A DNA stretch of 32,000 nucleotides from an archaeon. GTDB taxonomy: Archaea > Iainarchaeota > Iainarchaeia > Iainarchaeales > JANQMZ01. Of the stretch, positions 7,905 to 16,739 are shown one piece after another; the first letter of the stretch is position 1, and each line of letters begins with the position of its first letter. The stretch is from the NCBI GenBank assembly GCA_028279805.1, contig JANQMZ010000007.1:120001-152000 (forward strand). Direction: 5' to 3'. The position numbers and the translations under genes were made by a program. The notes beneath the pieces were generated by a model. It was not told the DNA's origin. It saw nothing but the letters and a program-made list of their open reading frames with translations, and ran no database searches.

Positions 7905-8441
7905 TTGACTCAATGGCATTCAAAATCAAGAAAAAAGAGGTCAGGTGGCTTCAGAAATTCAGTAAACCGTTCAACAAAAAAACTTGCATGGAAAGGCGGC
8001 ACGTTTGCAGCTACAAAAGTTGAAGAAAAAGACCTTAAAACAAGCATCAGGGCACGTGGCAACAATTTAAAACAAAAACTTAAAACAGCAAAAACCGTTT
8101 CATTCACAGATTTAAAAGGAAAAACATCAAAAGCTGCTATTTTAAGCGTTCTGGAAAACCCGGCTGACAGGCATTTTGCAAGGCGGGACATAATAACAAA
8201 AGGCGGAATAATTGAAATTGAAGTAAGCGGAAAAAAGGTTAATGCAATTGTAACCAGTCGTCCAGGACAATCAGGAACAATTTCAGCCAAGTTATATGAG
8301 GGTAAAATTGAATCTGTTGAAAAAAAAGCAGAAAAAGAAGCAAAAAAAGCCAAAAAGCCGGAAAAAACCAAAAAGGAAACAAAAAAAGCAAAAAAAGTTA
8401 AAAAAACTGAAAAAACAAAAGAAAAAGAACAAAAAGACTAA
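7905..8441 (+). CDS. rps8e: 30S ribosomal protein S8e (eS8) with a Lys-rich C-terminal extension
   Basis: TQWHSKSRKKRSGG N-terminus and ...VTSRPGQSGTISAKL core are typical of eS8. There is no in-frame ATG. TTG at 7905 lies 6 nt after SD AAGGTG. Confidence 0.9.
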   Translation: MTQWHSKSRKKRSGGFRNSVNRSTKKLAWKGGTFAATKVEEKDLKTSIRARGNNLKQKLKTAKTVSFTDLKGKTSKAAILSVLENPADRHFARRDIITKGGIIEIEVSGKKVNAIVTSRPGQSGTISAKLYEGKIESVEKKAEKEAKKAKKPEKTKKETKKAKKVKKTEKTKEKEQKD

Positions 8442-8606
8442 TTCTACATAACAATTTTAGGCAAAGATTTATAAAGGATCGCATCGGCTATTTATATAGT
8501 GAAAAACTCTGAAAACTTCTTGTTTTTTATCGGGAAATTCTTGTTTAAACATGGTTTTGCCCGCGTAAAACAGGTTTTTTGAATTTTTTTAAAAGGTGGT
8601 GTTTTA

Positions 8607-9509
8607 ATGGCAAAATGTCCTGAGTGTGGCAGCAGCAAAATTGTCACAGACGAATTTAAGGGTGAATCTGTCTGCCAGAATTGTGGTCTGGTTGTTGACA
8701 GTGAGGCATTAGATTATGGAAAAGAATGGAGATCTTTTGACTCTGACCAGTTTGAGGAAAGAGCAAGAACCGGTTCTCCGAAAAAATATGTAAAATTAAA
8801 CAAAGGCTTAGTCACAATGATTGACAGGCGTGGCAGGGATTTGAGAGGAAACAAATTGTCAAGCAAATCCAAAGCACAAATGTACAGGTTAATCAAGTGG
8901 CATAAGCGTGCATCAGTTTCAAGTTCAATGCAGAGAAACCTGAGCATTGCTTTAACTGAATTAAGAAGAGTTGCTTCTTATTTGAACATTCCTGAATCAT
9001 TGGTTGAAGCAGCTGCTTTGTTGTACAGGAAAACTGTTGAAAAAGGATTAATCAGAGGAAGATTAATTGAAGCTGTAGTTGCAGCAATCTTGTATACAAT
9101 TTGCAGAACTTATCATGTTCCAAGAACTTTGAATGAAATGGCTGAGGCGTCCGGTTTAACAAAAAAAGAAATTGGAAGGACGTACAGGTTTTTGGTTAGG
9201 GAATTAAAATTTTCAGTTCCTTTAACAAACCCGATTCATTACATTCCAAGGTTTGCAGCTGAATTAAACTTGTCTGGTGAAGTTCAGGAAAAAGGAAGGC
9301 AAATTATTCAGCAGGCAATTGAACAGGGATTAATTTCAGGAAGAGGACCAACCGGTGTAGCAGCTGCTGCTGTTTACATTGCCGGTTTACTGCACGGTGA
9401 AAGAAGAACTCAGAAAGAAGTTGCTTCTGTTGCCGGAGTAACTGAAGTTACAATCCGAAACAGATACAGGGAACTGAAAAAAGAATTAAACATTGACGTT
9501 GCAGCTTAA
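8607..9509 (+). CDS. tfb: Transcription initiation factor IIB (TFB)
   Basis: N-terminal Zn ribbon CPECGSSKIVTDEFKGESVCQNCGLV followed by two cyclin-like repeats. About 300 aa. SD AGGTGGTG lies upstream. Confidence 0.95.
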   Translation: MAKCPECGSSKIVTDEFKGESVCQNCGLVVDSEALDYGKEWRSFDSDQFEERARTGSPKKYVKLNKGLVTMIDRRGRDLRGNKLSSKSKAQMYRLIKWHKRASVSSSMQRNLSIALTELRRVASYLNIPESLVEAAALLYRKTVEKGLIRGRLIEAVVAAILYTICRTYHVPRTLNEMAEASGLTKKEIGRTYRFLVRELKFSVPLTNPIHYIPRFAAELNLSGEVQEKGRQIIQQAIEQGLISGRGPTGVAAAAVYIAGLLHGERRTQKEVASVAGVTEVTIRNRYRELKKELNIDVAA

Positions 9510-9535
9510 GCTGCTTCGTTTTTTCTATTTTTTTT
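9501..9535 (+). terminator. Terminator-like palindrome plus T-tracts at the tfb 3' end
   Basis: GCAGCTTAAGCTGC (9501-9514) is a perfect palindrome with the tfb stop codon at its centre. It is followed by TTTTTT and TTTTTTTT runs. Confidence 0.45.
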
Positions 9536-9606
9536 ATTATAAATACCGATGTTTAATTTTAACTGTAAATATTTTTTTTTATTTTAATCAGAATCAGTTA
9601 ATTAAT

Positions 9607-9867
9607 TTATTCTACAATTTCTATTTTTGTTCCTATGGCTTGTCCCGGAATTCCTTTTGTAAAACGTGCTCGCATTGCTCCTTTGTCTCCATGGGCTGAT
9701 GCTATTTTTCCGTTAATTGTTTTTCCGGATTTGGTTTTCCATACAACTTTTTTTCCAACCAATGCAGATGCTTTGCTTTTGGAATCAACTTTGCTTGAAA
9801 TCAAAACAAGCTGGTTTCCTGTCATGGTTTTTCTTCCACGTTTATAGTTTTTTACAATTGCTTCCAT
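9607..9867 (-). CDS. rpl35ae: 50S ribosomal protein L35Ae (eL33)
   Basis: ...VGKKVVWKTKSGKTINGKIASAHGDKGAMRARFTKGIPGQAIGTKIEIV matches the eL33 pattern. The ATG at 9867 is preceded by GTGAT, part of the SD consensus. The ORF-track start at 9876 is that GTG. Confidence 0.9.
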   Translation of the reverse strand: MEAIVKNYKRGRKTMTGNQLVLISSKVDSKSKASALVGKKVVWKTKSGKTINGKIASAHGDKGAMRARFTKGIPGQAIGTKIEIVE

Positions 9868-9960
9868 TTTTATCACATTTTTTTTTAAAAAATTCTTGTT
9901 AGAAAATTGCTTTTAGAAGCATTTTTAAACTTATTCTGCGTGGCTTTTGTGGGGAATGAT

Positions 9961-10611
9961 TTGATTATTGCCGGAATAGATGAAGCTGGCCGGGGCCCTG
10001 TTTTTGGCCCAATGGTTTTATGCATTGCTTCCATTAAAAAAAATGATGAGGAAAATTTGGTTAAATTAAATGTCAGGGATTCAAAACAAATTCCTTTAAA
10101 TGAGAGAAACGAATTGTTTGAAAAAGTAAAAAAAGAGCTTCTGGAATGGAAATCTGTTCAGGTTGAAGCGAAAGAAATTGACGAGTTAATGAACAGAAAA
10201 AGCCTGAATGAAATTGAAGCATTAAAAGCAGCTGAATTAATTGATTCTTTAAAACAAAAACCTGATATTGTTTTTGTTGATTCTCCTGACCTGATTCAGA
10301 ACAATTTTGCGTTAAGAATTAAAAAGTATCTGACATCAAAAGTTAAAATCAGAGCTGAGCATAAAGCTGATGACAATTATCCTGTTGTAGGAGCTGCGTC
10401 AATAATTGCAAAAGTTCAGCGTGATAATGCTGTGGAGGTTTTGTCTGAAAAATTCGGGGACATTGGTTCTGGTTATCCTCATGATCCTGCAACCATTCAG
10501 TTTTTGAAAGAATGGCTAAAAGAAAAAGGAGAATTGCCGGAGTTTGCCAGAAAAAAATGGTCAACCTCAAAAAATGCATTGGATGAAAAGTTTCAAACAA
10601 AGTTATTGTGA
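9961..10611 (+). CDS. rnhB: Ribonuclease HII
   Basis: IIAGIDEAGRGPVFGPMVL, DSKQ and VDSPD motifs. The start is uncertain. In-frame candidates are TTG 9907, GTG 9940, GTG 9949 and TTG 9961. 9961 gives MIIAGIDEAGRG, which matches typical archaeal RNase HII N-termini. Confidence 0.9.
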   Translation: MIIAGIDEAGRGPVFGPMVLCIASIKKNDEENLVKLNVRDSKQIPLNERNELFEKVKKELLEWKSVQVEAKEIDELMNRKSLNEIEALKAAELIDSLKQKPDIVFVDSPDLIQNNFALRIKKYLTSKVKIRAEHKADDNYPVVGAASIIAKVQRDNAVEVLSEKFGDIGSGYPHDPATIQFLKEWLKEKGELPEFARKKWSTSKNALDEKFQTKLL

Positions 10612-10615
10612 TATT

Positions 10616-11128
10616 ATGTGGCCCAAGAAAAGAAAAAAATCTGAATTCAATTTTGACATTGAAAGTTTCAGGGAAATGATTGAAGAAATAATTGAAGAAA
10701 TGAAAGAGGGACTTGAATCCGGTGAGGTTCCTGAAAAAGACAATCCTTTGGTTTTTGGTTTTTCTTTTAAAGTTGACCAGGAAGGCGAGCCGACAATTGA
10801 AGAATTTGGAAATATTAAATCAAAAGACGGCAAAACTGTTGTCAATACTGAAAGAGAACCGCTTGTTAACATTTTGGAGGAAAAAAATAACATTATTTTA
10901 ACAGTTGAATTGCCCGGCGTTCAAAAAGAAAATATTGTTGTTGAAACTATTGACCCTTACACTATTGAAATAAGAACAAATAATTCTGAGAAAAATTTTT
11001 ACAAAAAAGTTTCACTGCACGGGCCCGTTAAAAAATCCAAATCAAAAGCTTCTTTTAACAACGGAATCTTAGAAATTGTTTTTCAAAAACAAAAAAATGA
11101 TAAAAACAGCCAGATAAAAGTGGAATAA
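10616..11128 (+). CDS. Hsp20/alpha-crystallin family protein (second copy in the window)
   Basis: EPLVNILEEKNNIILTVELPGVQKENIVVE ... ASFNNGILEIVF alpha-crystallin pattern. The first ATG after the rnhB stop is at 10616. The ORF-track start at 10544 lies inside rnhB. Confidence 0.8.
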   Translation: MWPKKRKKSEFNFDIESFREMIEEIIEEMKEGLESGEVPEKDNPLVFGFSFKVDQEGEPTIEEFGNIKSKDGKTVVNTEREPLVNILEEKNNIILTVELPGVQKENIVVETIDPYTIEIRTNNSEKNFYKKVSLHGPVKKSKSKASFNNGILEIVFQKQKNDKNSQIKVE

Positions 11129-11129
11129 T

Positions 11130-11315
11130 TTAAATATTCGGCCTTGTCACTGAATCCACGTATTTATCCTTACAGTTTTGAGAGCAAAAACTCTGAAAAT
11201 ACAAATGATGCTTGCTTCTTTCAAGTATTTTGCCGCATTCCATGCATTTTTTGTCTTTCGGAGGATTATCTTTTCTGTATTTTTTAACATCTGAAAAATT
11301 AAATCCCAAATCCAT
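11130..11315 (-). CDS. Small zinc-finger protein (FCS/TRASH-like C-x2-C-x16-C-x3-C)
   Basis: 61 aa. Motif CMECGKILERSKHHLYFQSFCSQNC. Convergent with the Hsp20 gene, with stop codons 1 nt apart. Confidence 0.55.
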   Translation of the reverse strand: MDLGFNFSDVKKYRKDNPPKDKKCMECGKILERSKHHLYFQSFCSQNCKDKYVDSVTRPNI

Positions 11316-11394
11316 AACCTATCCCCGTCATATTTCTGAACTCAAAATATTTTAAATAGAACGCTTTTTAATGCTTTTCAGGAATGTTTTTGTT

Positions 11395-12045
11395 ATGAAA
11401 TTTTTTGTTGACTCAGCGGATCTTGATAAAATTAAACAAGTGGCTGATTTGGGATTAGCTGACGGGGTAACCACAAACCCTTCACTTGCTTCAAAGCAAA
11501 ACAAGCCTTTTAAGCAGATTTTGGACGAAATTTGTGCAATTGTTGATGGCCCCATAAGTGCTGAAGTTACTGCTGTTGATTTTAATGGCATGATGGAACA
11601 GGGAAGAAAGCTTTCAAAATTTCATAAAAATATTGTTGTAAAACTTCCATGCACTGAAGCTGGCTTAAAAGCAACAAAAGCTTTGAAAAAAGAAAAAATT
11701 CCTGTTAACATGACATTGGTTTTTTCCACAAACCAGGCATTGCTTGCTGCAAAAGCAGGTGCTGCTTTTGTAAGCCCTTTTGTAGGACGCCTTGATGACA
11801 TTGGCGAGGATGGAATGAAAGTTGTTGAAGAAATTTTACAGGTTTATAAAAATTTTAATTTTGATACACAGGTTTTGGTTGCTTCAGTGAGAAACACTGA
11901 ACACGTGTTAAAGTCTGCTTTGCTCGGAGCCCATGTTTGTACATGCCCTCCTGAAATAATTCTGGAATTGGTCAAGCATCATAAAACTGATGAAGGGTTA
12001 AAAAAATTTTTAGATGACTGGGCAAAAAAAGGTGAAAAAATTTAA
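11395..12045 (+). CDS. Transaldolase / fructose-6-phosphate aldolase family (short Tal/FSA type)
   Basis: MKFFVDSADLDKIKQVADLGLADGVTTNPSL ... VVKLP ... NMTLVFS ... FVSPFVGRLDD are classic short-transaldolase motifs. Start taken at the ATG giving MKFFVDSA. Confidence 0.92.
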   Translation: MKFFVDSADLDKIKQVADLGLADGVTTNPSLASKQNKPFKQILDEICAIVDGPISAEVTAVDFNGMMEQGRKLSKFHKNIVVKLPCTEAGLKATKALKKEKIPVNMTLVFSTNQALLAAKAGAAFVSPFVGRLDDIGEDGMKVVEEILQVYKNFNFDTQVLVASVRNTEHVLKSALLGAHVCTCPPEIILELVKHHKTDEGLKKFLDDWAKKGEKI

Positions 12046-13856
12046 GGCTTTGCAGTGGGAATTGTAGGGTGGTAAACGTTTTTGTCAGCCTGTTTTTTTG
12101 ATTTTTGTTTTAAATAGTCAATTACTTCGCTTTTCAGAACATTTAATTGATTTTTTTTACCGGTTTCCAAATAACCCGCTATTGCTTTAAGCATTGTATT
12201 TGCTCCCACTATCTGAGGCATTATAACATAATCTGCTCCTGTTTCATATAATTCTAATGCGTCAGAATAATGATGGGCGCGGGCAAAAATTGCAAGTTTT
12301 GAATTTGTTTTTTTTGCTTTTCTGATTATTTTCAAAGAAGACGGAATGTCATTTATTGCAAGTATTAACATTTTTGCTTTTTCCACATTCATTTTTTCCC
12401 ATAATTCCTGGTTGCCCACCATTCCGTAAATTGTTTCAATATCTTTTTTCATTAACATTCTCAGAGTGTCAGGATTTTTATCCAAAACAAGCAGAGGCGT
12501 TTTTTTGTAAATTGCTTCCGCTATTGATGTTCCCATTGTGCCTGCTCCTGCAAGTATTGTGTGATTTTTCATTGGTGCAACTTTTTCCAAATCTGAAATT
12601 TTTCTGTGCAAAAAAGCGTTTTCGTTTAAAACCGGAAAAGCGGTTATAAGGCTTTTTCCAAACTTGTATAATGCAAATTCGTGCTTGAAAACATAAGGCG
12701 TTAAAATCATTGACAATGCCATCGCAAAAATTGTTAATGAAAACAATTCAGATGAAATAAAACCGCTTTCAAGCCCTTGTGTTGCCAGAATTAATGAAAA
12801 TTCTGATATTTGTCCAAGGCCTAATCCGACCATTAAAGCAATTTTGCCGCCATGCCCTGACAACAATGTGATTAAATAAAAAATTGCAGGTTTTATTGCA
12901 AAAGTTATTCCCAAAATCAGCAAAAGCAGGCTTAAAGTGTCCGGTGAAAAGTTAAAGCTTAACTGCATTCCCAGTGTCACGAAAAAAATTGTGACAAAAA
13001 AATCTCTGAATCCCCTGATTTCATCAGTTATCTGAAACTTGTAGGGTAACGGTGATATTGCAAGCCCTCCTAAAAATGCTCCGAATGCCAGTGGCAATCC
13101 TAAAAAATATTGTGAAACAAACATGAACATAAAAGCTGAAGATATTGCTGTTAGATATAATAATTCCTGTGAACGTATTGCAAATTTGAAAATATGCGGG
13201 TAAACATATTTGCTTAAAACATATGCCAAAACGATTAACACTGAACCTGAAAATAAAAAGTCAACAAAAAACACTGTTGTTAGTGCGGTATTTAAGTTTG
13301 CCAGTAATGGCAGAACCAGAATAATTATTGCATCCTGAACCAGCAGAAAACCAATCATTAACCTGCCCTGAATTGTATCAATTGTTCTGTTATCTGTTAA
13401 AAGTTTTACTACAACCATTGTGGATGAAAAAGCTAAAATCATTCCGAAATAAATTGATTCGTTAAAACCTAACAATCCTGTTAAATTTGTTAAAACCATG
13501 ACAATTGATGTAATTAATCCGACCTGCAATGATGTTCCGATTATTGCTATTTTTCCGATGCTTTTTAATTTTGAAAAATATGTTTCAATTCCAACTGAAA
13601 ATAATAAAAATGCAATTCCAAGTTCTGATAACAGGCTGATGTCATTCATGTTCACAACGTAAAGAGGAATCTGTGCAACGGTTGCATCAAATGCTCCCAA
13701 TCCGATGGGTCCTATTGCTATTCCTGCTACAATATAGGCAAGCAAAGACGGCTGTTTTAACCAGCGGAAAATAAAATTGAAAAAAGTAGCTGCAATAACT
13801 ATTAAGCCCAAATCAAGCAATAATGCAACACTTTCAATGGGAAGTGAACCAGCCAT
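12042..13856 (-). CDS. Cation:proton antiporter (CPA2/Kef-type) with a C-terminal TrkA-N/RCK NAD-binding domain
   Basis: About 12 TM helices, followed by the Rossmann motif HTILAGAGTMGTSIAEAI and an RCK-like tail. Its 3' end overlaps the transaldolase gene by 4 nt (convergent). Confidence 0.88.
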   Translation of the reverse strand: MAGSLPIESVALLLDLGLIVIAATFFNFIFRWLKQPSLLAYIVAGIAIGPIGLGAFDATVAQIPLYVVNMNDISLLSELGIAFLLFSVGIETYFSKLKSIGKIAIIGTSLQVGLITSIVMVLTNLTGLLGFNESIYFGMILAFSSTMVVVKLLTDNRTIDTIQGRLMIGFLLVQDAIIILVLPLLANLNTALTTVFFVDFLFSGSVLIVLAYVLSKYVYPHIFKFAIRSQELLYLTAISSAFMFMFVSQYFLGLPLAFGAFLGGLAISPLPYKFQITDEIRGFRDFFVTIFFVTLGMQLSFNFSPDTLSLLLLILGITFAIKPAIFYLITLLSGHGGKIALMVGLGLGQISEFSLILATQGLESGFISSELFSLTIFAMALSMILTPYVFKHEFALYKFGKSLITAFPVLNENAFLHRKISDLEKVAPMKNHTILAGAGTMGTSIAEAIYKKTPLLVLDKNPDTLRMLMKKDIETIYGMVGNQELWEKMNVEKAKMLILAINDIPSSLKIIRKAKKTNSKLAIFARAHHYSDALELYETGADYVIMPQIVGANTMLKAIAGYLETGKKNQLNVLKSEVIDYLKQKSKKQADKNVYHPTIPTAKP

Positions 13857-13904
13857 AATAATCCGTTAAAATAGGCTTTTTTGCTTTTAAATTCTTTGCC
13901 TGTT

Positions 13905-15299
13905 TTAAGCTTCTTTTCGCCATTTTGTGCCTTTCTGAGTGTCATCAAGCAAAATGCCTTTTTTTGCCAAAAGTTTTCTTATATTATCAGCTTCATCCCA
14001 TTTTTTTTCTTTTCTCAGATTTTCACGCTTTTTAATCAGTTTCATTTCTTCTTGTGACAATTTTTGTTCTTTAAATTCAAACTGAAAAATGTCAAGAAAA
14101 GAATTAATTTTTTTAAAAAAATTTAAAACATTTAAAGCATCTTTTTTTGTCAGTCCTTTTTCCTGTTCCATCTTGTTTGTTTCTCTTTCTAATTCAAACA
14201 AGTATGCCCATGCGTTGGGTAAATTAAAATCATCATCCATTTCTTTTTCAAAACCTTTTTTTGCATTTTCAATTAACACATTTACTTTTTTGTTTTCAGA
14301 ACCTGTTTTTTTAATTTCAGTTAATCTTTTTAAAAAAGAATCAAGTTTTTTTAAAGTTTTTTCAGATTTTTTAATTTGTTTTGCTGAAAAATTCACAGGG
14401 CTTCTGTAATGTAATCCTGAAACAAAAAATCTGAACACTCTCGGGTCAGTTGTTTTTAAAAGTTCCGGAATTGTTATAAAATTTCCCAAAGATTTTGACA
14501 TTTTTTTTTCATTCACATTTAAAAAACCGCTATGCATCCAGTATTTTACAAACTGTTTTCCTGTAACCCCTTCACTTTGAGCTATTTCATTTTCATGATG
14601 CGGGAAAGACAAGTCTTCCGCCCCGCAATGAATGTCAATCTGTTCACCTAAATGATGAAAATTCATTGCCGAACATTCAATATGCCAGCCCGGCCTTCCT
14701 TTACCCCAAGGGCTGTCCCATGCGGGCTCGTTTGGTTTTGCTTTTTTCCATAATACAAAATCCTGAACGTTGTTTTTTTCATATTTATCGGTTTGAATTC
14801 TTGTTCCAGTTTTTCCTTTTTCAATTTTTATTCCTGAAAGTTTTCCATAATCTGAAAATTTTTCAACTTTAAAATAAACACCGTCATCGGTTTCATAAGC
14901 AAGTTTTTTTTGCACAAGTTTTTCAATAAGTTTAATAATTTCATCAATTTCTTCAGTAACACGGGGATAAACATCTGCCTGTTTAACTTTTAATATTTTC
15001 ATTTCTTTAAAAAATTCTTCCGAGTATTTTTTTCCAAGTTCAAAAATGCTGATTCCAAGCTCATTTGCTGTTTTAATCATGTCATCATGAACATCTGTAA
15101 TGTTTACAACATATTTTACCCTGAATTTGCGATATTCCAAATACCTCCGAATAATGTCAAAGGCAATATATGTTCTTGCATGCCCGATATGTCCAGGACC
15201 ATAAACGGTCGGCCCGCACACATACATCCTGATTTTTCCTTTTTCTATTGGTTTAAAGGGTTCTTTTTTGGCTGTTAACGTATTTTTGACTTTTAACAT
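13905..15299 (-). CDS. cysS: Cysteinyl-tRNA synthetase
   Basis: MYVCGPTVYGPGHIGHARTY (HIGH motif), WHIECSAM, KMSKSLGN (KMSKS motif). Confidence 0.96.
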   Translation of the reverse strand: MLKVKNTLTAKKEPFKPIEKGKIRMYVCGPTVYGPGHIGHARTYIAFDIIRRYLEYRKFRVKYVVNITDVHDDMIKTANELGISIFELGKKYSEEFFKEMKILKVKQADVYPRVTEEIDEIIKLIEKLVQKKLAYETDDGVYFKVEKFSDYGKLSGIKIEKGKTGTRIQTDKYEKNNVQDFVLWKKAKPNEPAWDSPWGKGRPGWHIECSAMNFHHLGEQIDIHCGAEDLSFPHHENEIAQSEGVTGKQFVKYWMHSGFLNVNEKKMSKSLGNFITIPELLKTTDPRVFRFFVSGLHYRSPVNFSAKQIKKSEKTLKKLDSFLKRLTEIKKTGSENKKVNVLIENAKKGFEKEMDDDFNLPNAWAYLFELERETNKMEQEKGLTKKDALNVLNFFKKINSFLDIFQFEFKEQKLSQEEMKLIKKRENLRKEKKWDEADNIRKLLAKKGILLDDTQKGTKWRKEA

Positions 15300-15359
15300 T
15301 TAAATCAGCTAGAATTAGATTTTTTTAATATTAAAACCTTTTTTTTCCGCTTTTTTTTA

Positions 15360-16739
15360 TTATTTCCATTTTTTACAGATTTGAAGTGTTTTTTGTGTTG
15401 CTTTTCCTGTATAAGTTTCCGGCTTTTTAATAAAATTTAATTGTTTTTTTGAAAAATTGTCCAGAAAAGGCTTTAATTTTGAATCATTTAAAGCCAGTTC
15501 ATAAATGCTTTTTTTCTGCTTTTCTGATTTTAATGAGAGTTTTCTCACATATTCATGTGCATTTTGGTGGCCATAAAAAGCTAATAACACGTACAAAGGT
15601 TCTGCTGCAATTGAATCAGCTGCCTTGTTAAAATTTTGTGCCATTTGCTTCCTGTCAACCTTAATGTTTGACATTGTTTTGTTTAATTTTTTTACTGCTA
15701 TAAAAAATGCTGTGAACAATTCCGCTGAAAATCTTCCGGAAGCAGAATTACTCAAATCTCTTTGGTGTTCTGAAACCTGGTCAGAATACAATGTTACCAT
15801 TTTTGGCATAAAAGCTTTCCATAAACTTTTAACATTTTCAAAACTAATGGGATTTTTTTTATGAGGCATTGTGCTTGAGCCAACCTGTTTTGAACCAAAG
15901 CTTTCATAAATTTCGCTTATTTCGCTTCTCTGCAAATGCCGCATGTCATCAGCAAGATTTGCCAGAACTCCGAAAGCGGAAACAATTGCATGCATTAAAT
16001 CAAGCATTGGTTCTTTTTCAACAATCTGGGTTGAATGCCCTCCTGTTTTTAATCCTAATTTTTTTAACAAAAGTTTTTCAAATTCCAGCGGATTTGGCAA
16101 AATTAAGGATGAAGCGTTGTATGCTCCTACTGCACCTGAAACTTTTCCAACAAGATTATTGTTGGCTTTTTCAATTGCTTCAATTCTTGTGCCTAACCTG
16201 TCAACATATTCTGCTATTGTAAAACCGAATGTTACAGGTGAAGCAAACTGCCCGTGAGTTCTTCCGACCTGCACTGTTTTTGCTTCTTTTTTTGCCAGCT
16301 TTATCAAAGTTTTTTGAAAGTTTTTTAATTCAGGCAAAATTGTTTTTTGCACTCCGTGTTTGAAACGCAACGCGTCAGCTGTGTCAACAACATCATAACT
16401 TGTAATTGTTAAATGAACAAAAGGTTTTGCTTTTTTTGAAACTCTTTTTCTAATAGAATTAACCAAAGCCCTGATGTCATGTTTTATTTTTTTTTCTTCT
16501 TTGTAAACTTCTTCAGGTTTTACTTTTTTTATTGCATTTGAAATTTCTTTTGCAATTTTTGCCGAACAAATTTTTTTTTTGGCAAAAGTCTGAACCAAGG
16601 CTTCTTCAACTTTTAATTGATATGAAATTTTTGCTTTTTCCGAAAAATATGGCGATAATTCTTTTACAATTTTTTTATCAGAACCATAATACCGGTAATC
16701 AAGCGGTGAAACCAGGTCAAACAAATTAATTTTTTCCAT
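15360..16739 (-). CDS. purB: Adenylosuccinate lyase
   Basis: SPLDYRY at the N-terminus. GSSTMPHKKNP fumarate-lyase signature. Its ATG directly abuts the purC stop. Confidence 0.95.
   Translation of the reverse strand: MEKINLFDLVSPLDYRYYGSDKKIVKELSPYFSEKAKISYQLKVEEALVQTFAKKKICSAKIAKEISNAIKKVKPEEVYKEEKKIKHDIRALVNSIRKRVSKKAKPFVHLTITSYDVVDTADALRFKHGVQKTILPELKNFQKTLIKLAKKEAKTVQVGRTHGQFASPVTFGFTIAEYVDRLGTRIEAIEKANNNLVGKVSGAVGAYNASSLILPNPLEFEKLLLKKLGLKTGGHSTQIVEKEPMLDLMHAIVSAFGVLANLADDMRHLQRSEISEIYESFGSKQVGSSTMPHKKNPISFENVKSLWKAFMPKMVTLYSDQVSEHQRDLSNSASGRFSAELFTAFFIAVKKLNKTMSNIKVDRKQMAQNFNKAADSIAAEPLYVLLAFYGHQNAHEYVRKLSLKSEKQKKSIYELALNDSKLKPFLDNFSKKQLNFIKKPETYTGKATQKTLQICKKWK

Noticed and set aside
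9493-9699. 68-aa plus-strand ORF spanning the tfb / rpl35ae convergent spacer
   Set aside because: It overlaps the tfb 3' end and the rpl35ae coding strand, its translation is Phe/Tyr/Asn low-complexity, and there is no SD.
10544-10615. Upstream extension of the second Hsp20 ORF (ORF-track start 10544)
   Set aside because: The extension lies inside the conserved C-terminus of rnhB in another frame. The ATG at 10616 follows immediately after the rnhB stop.
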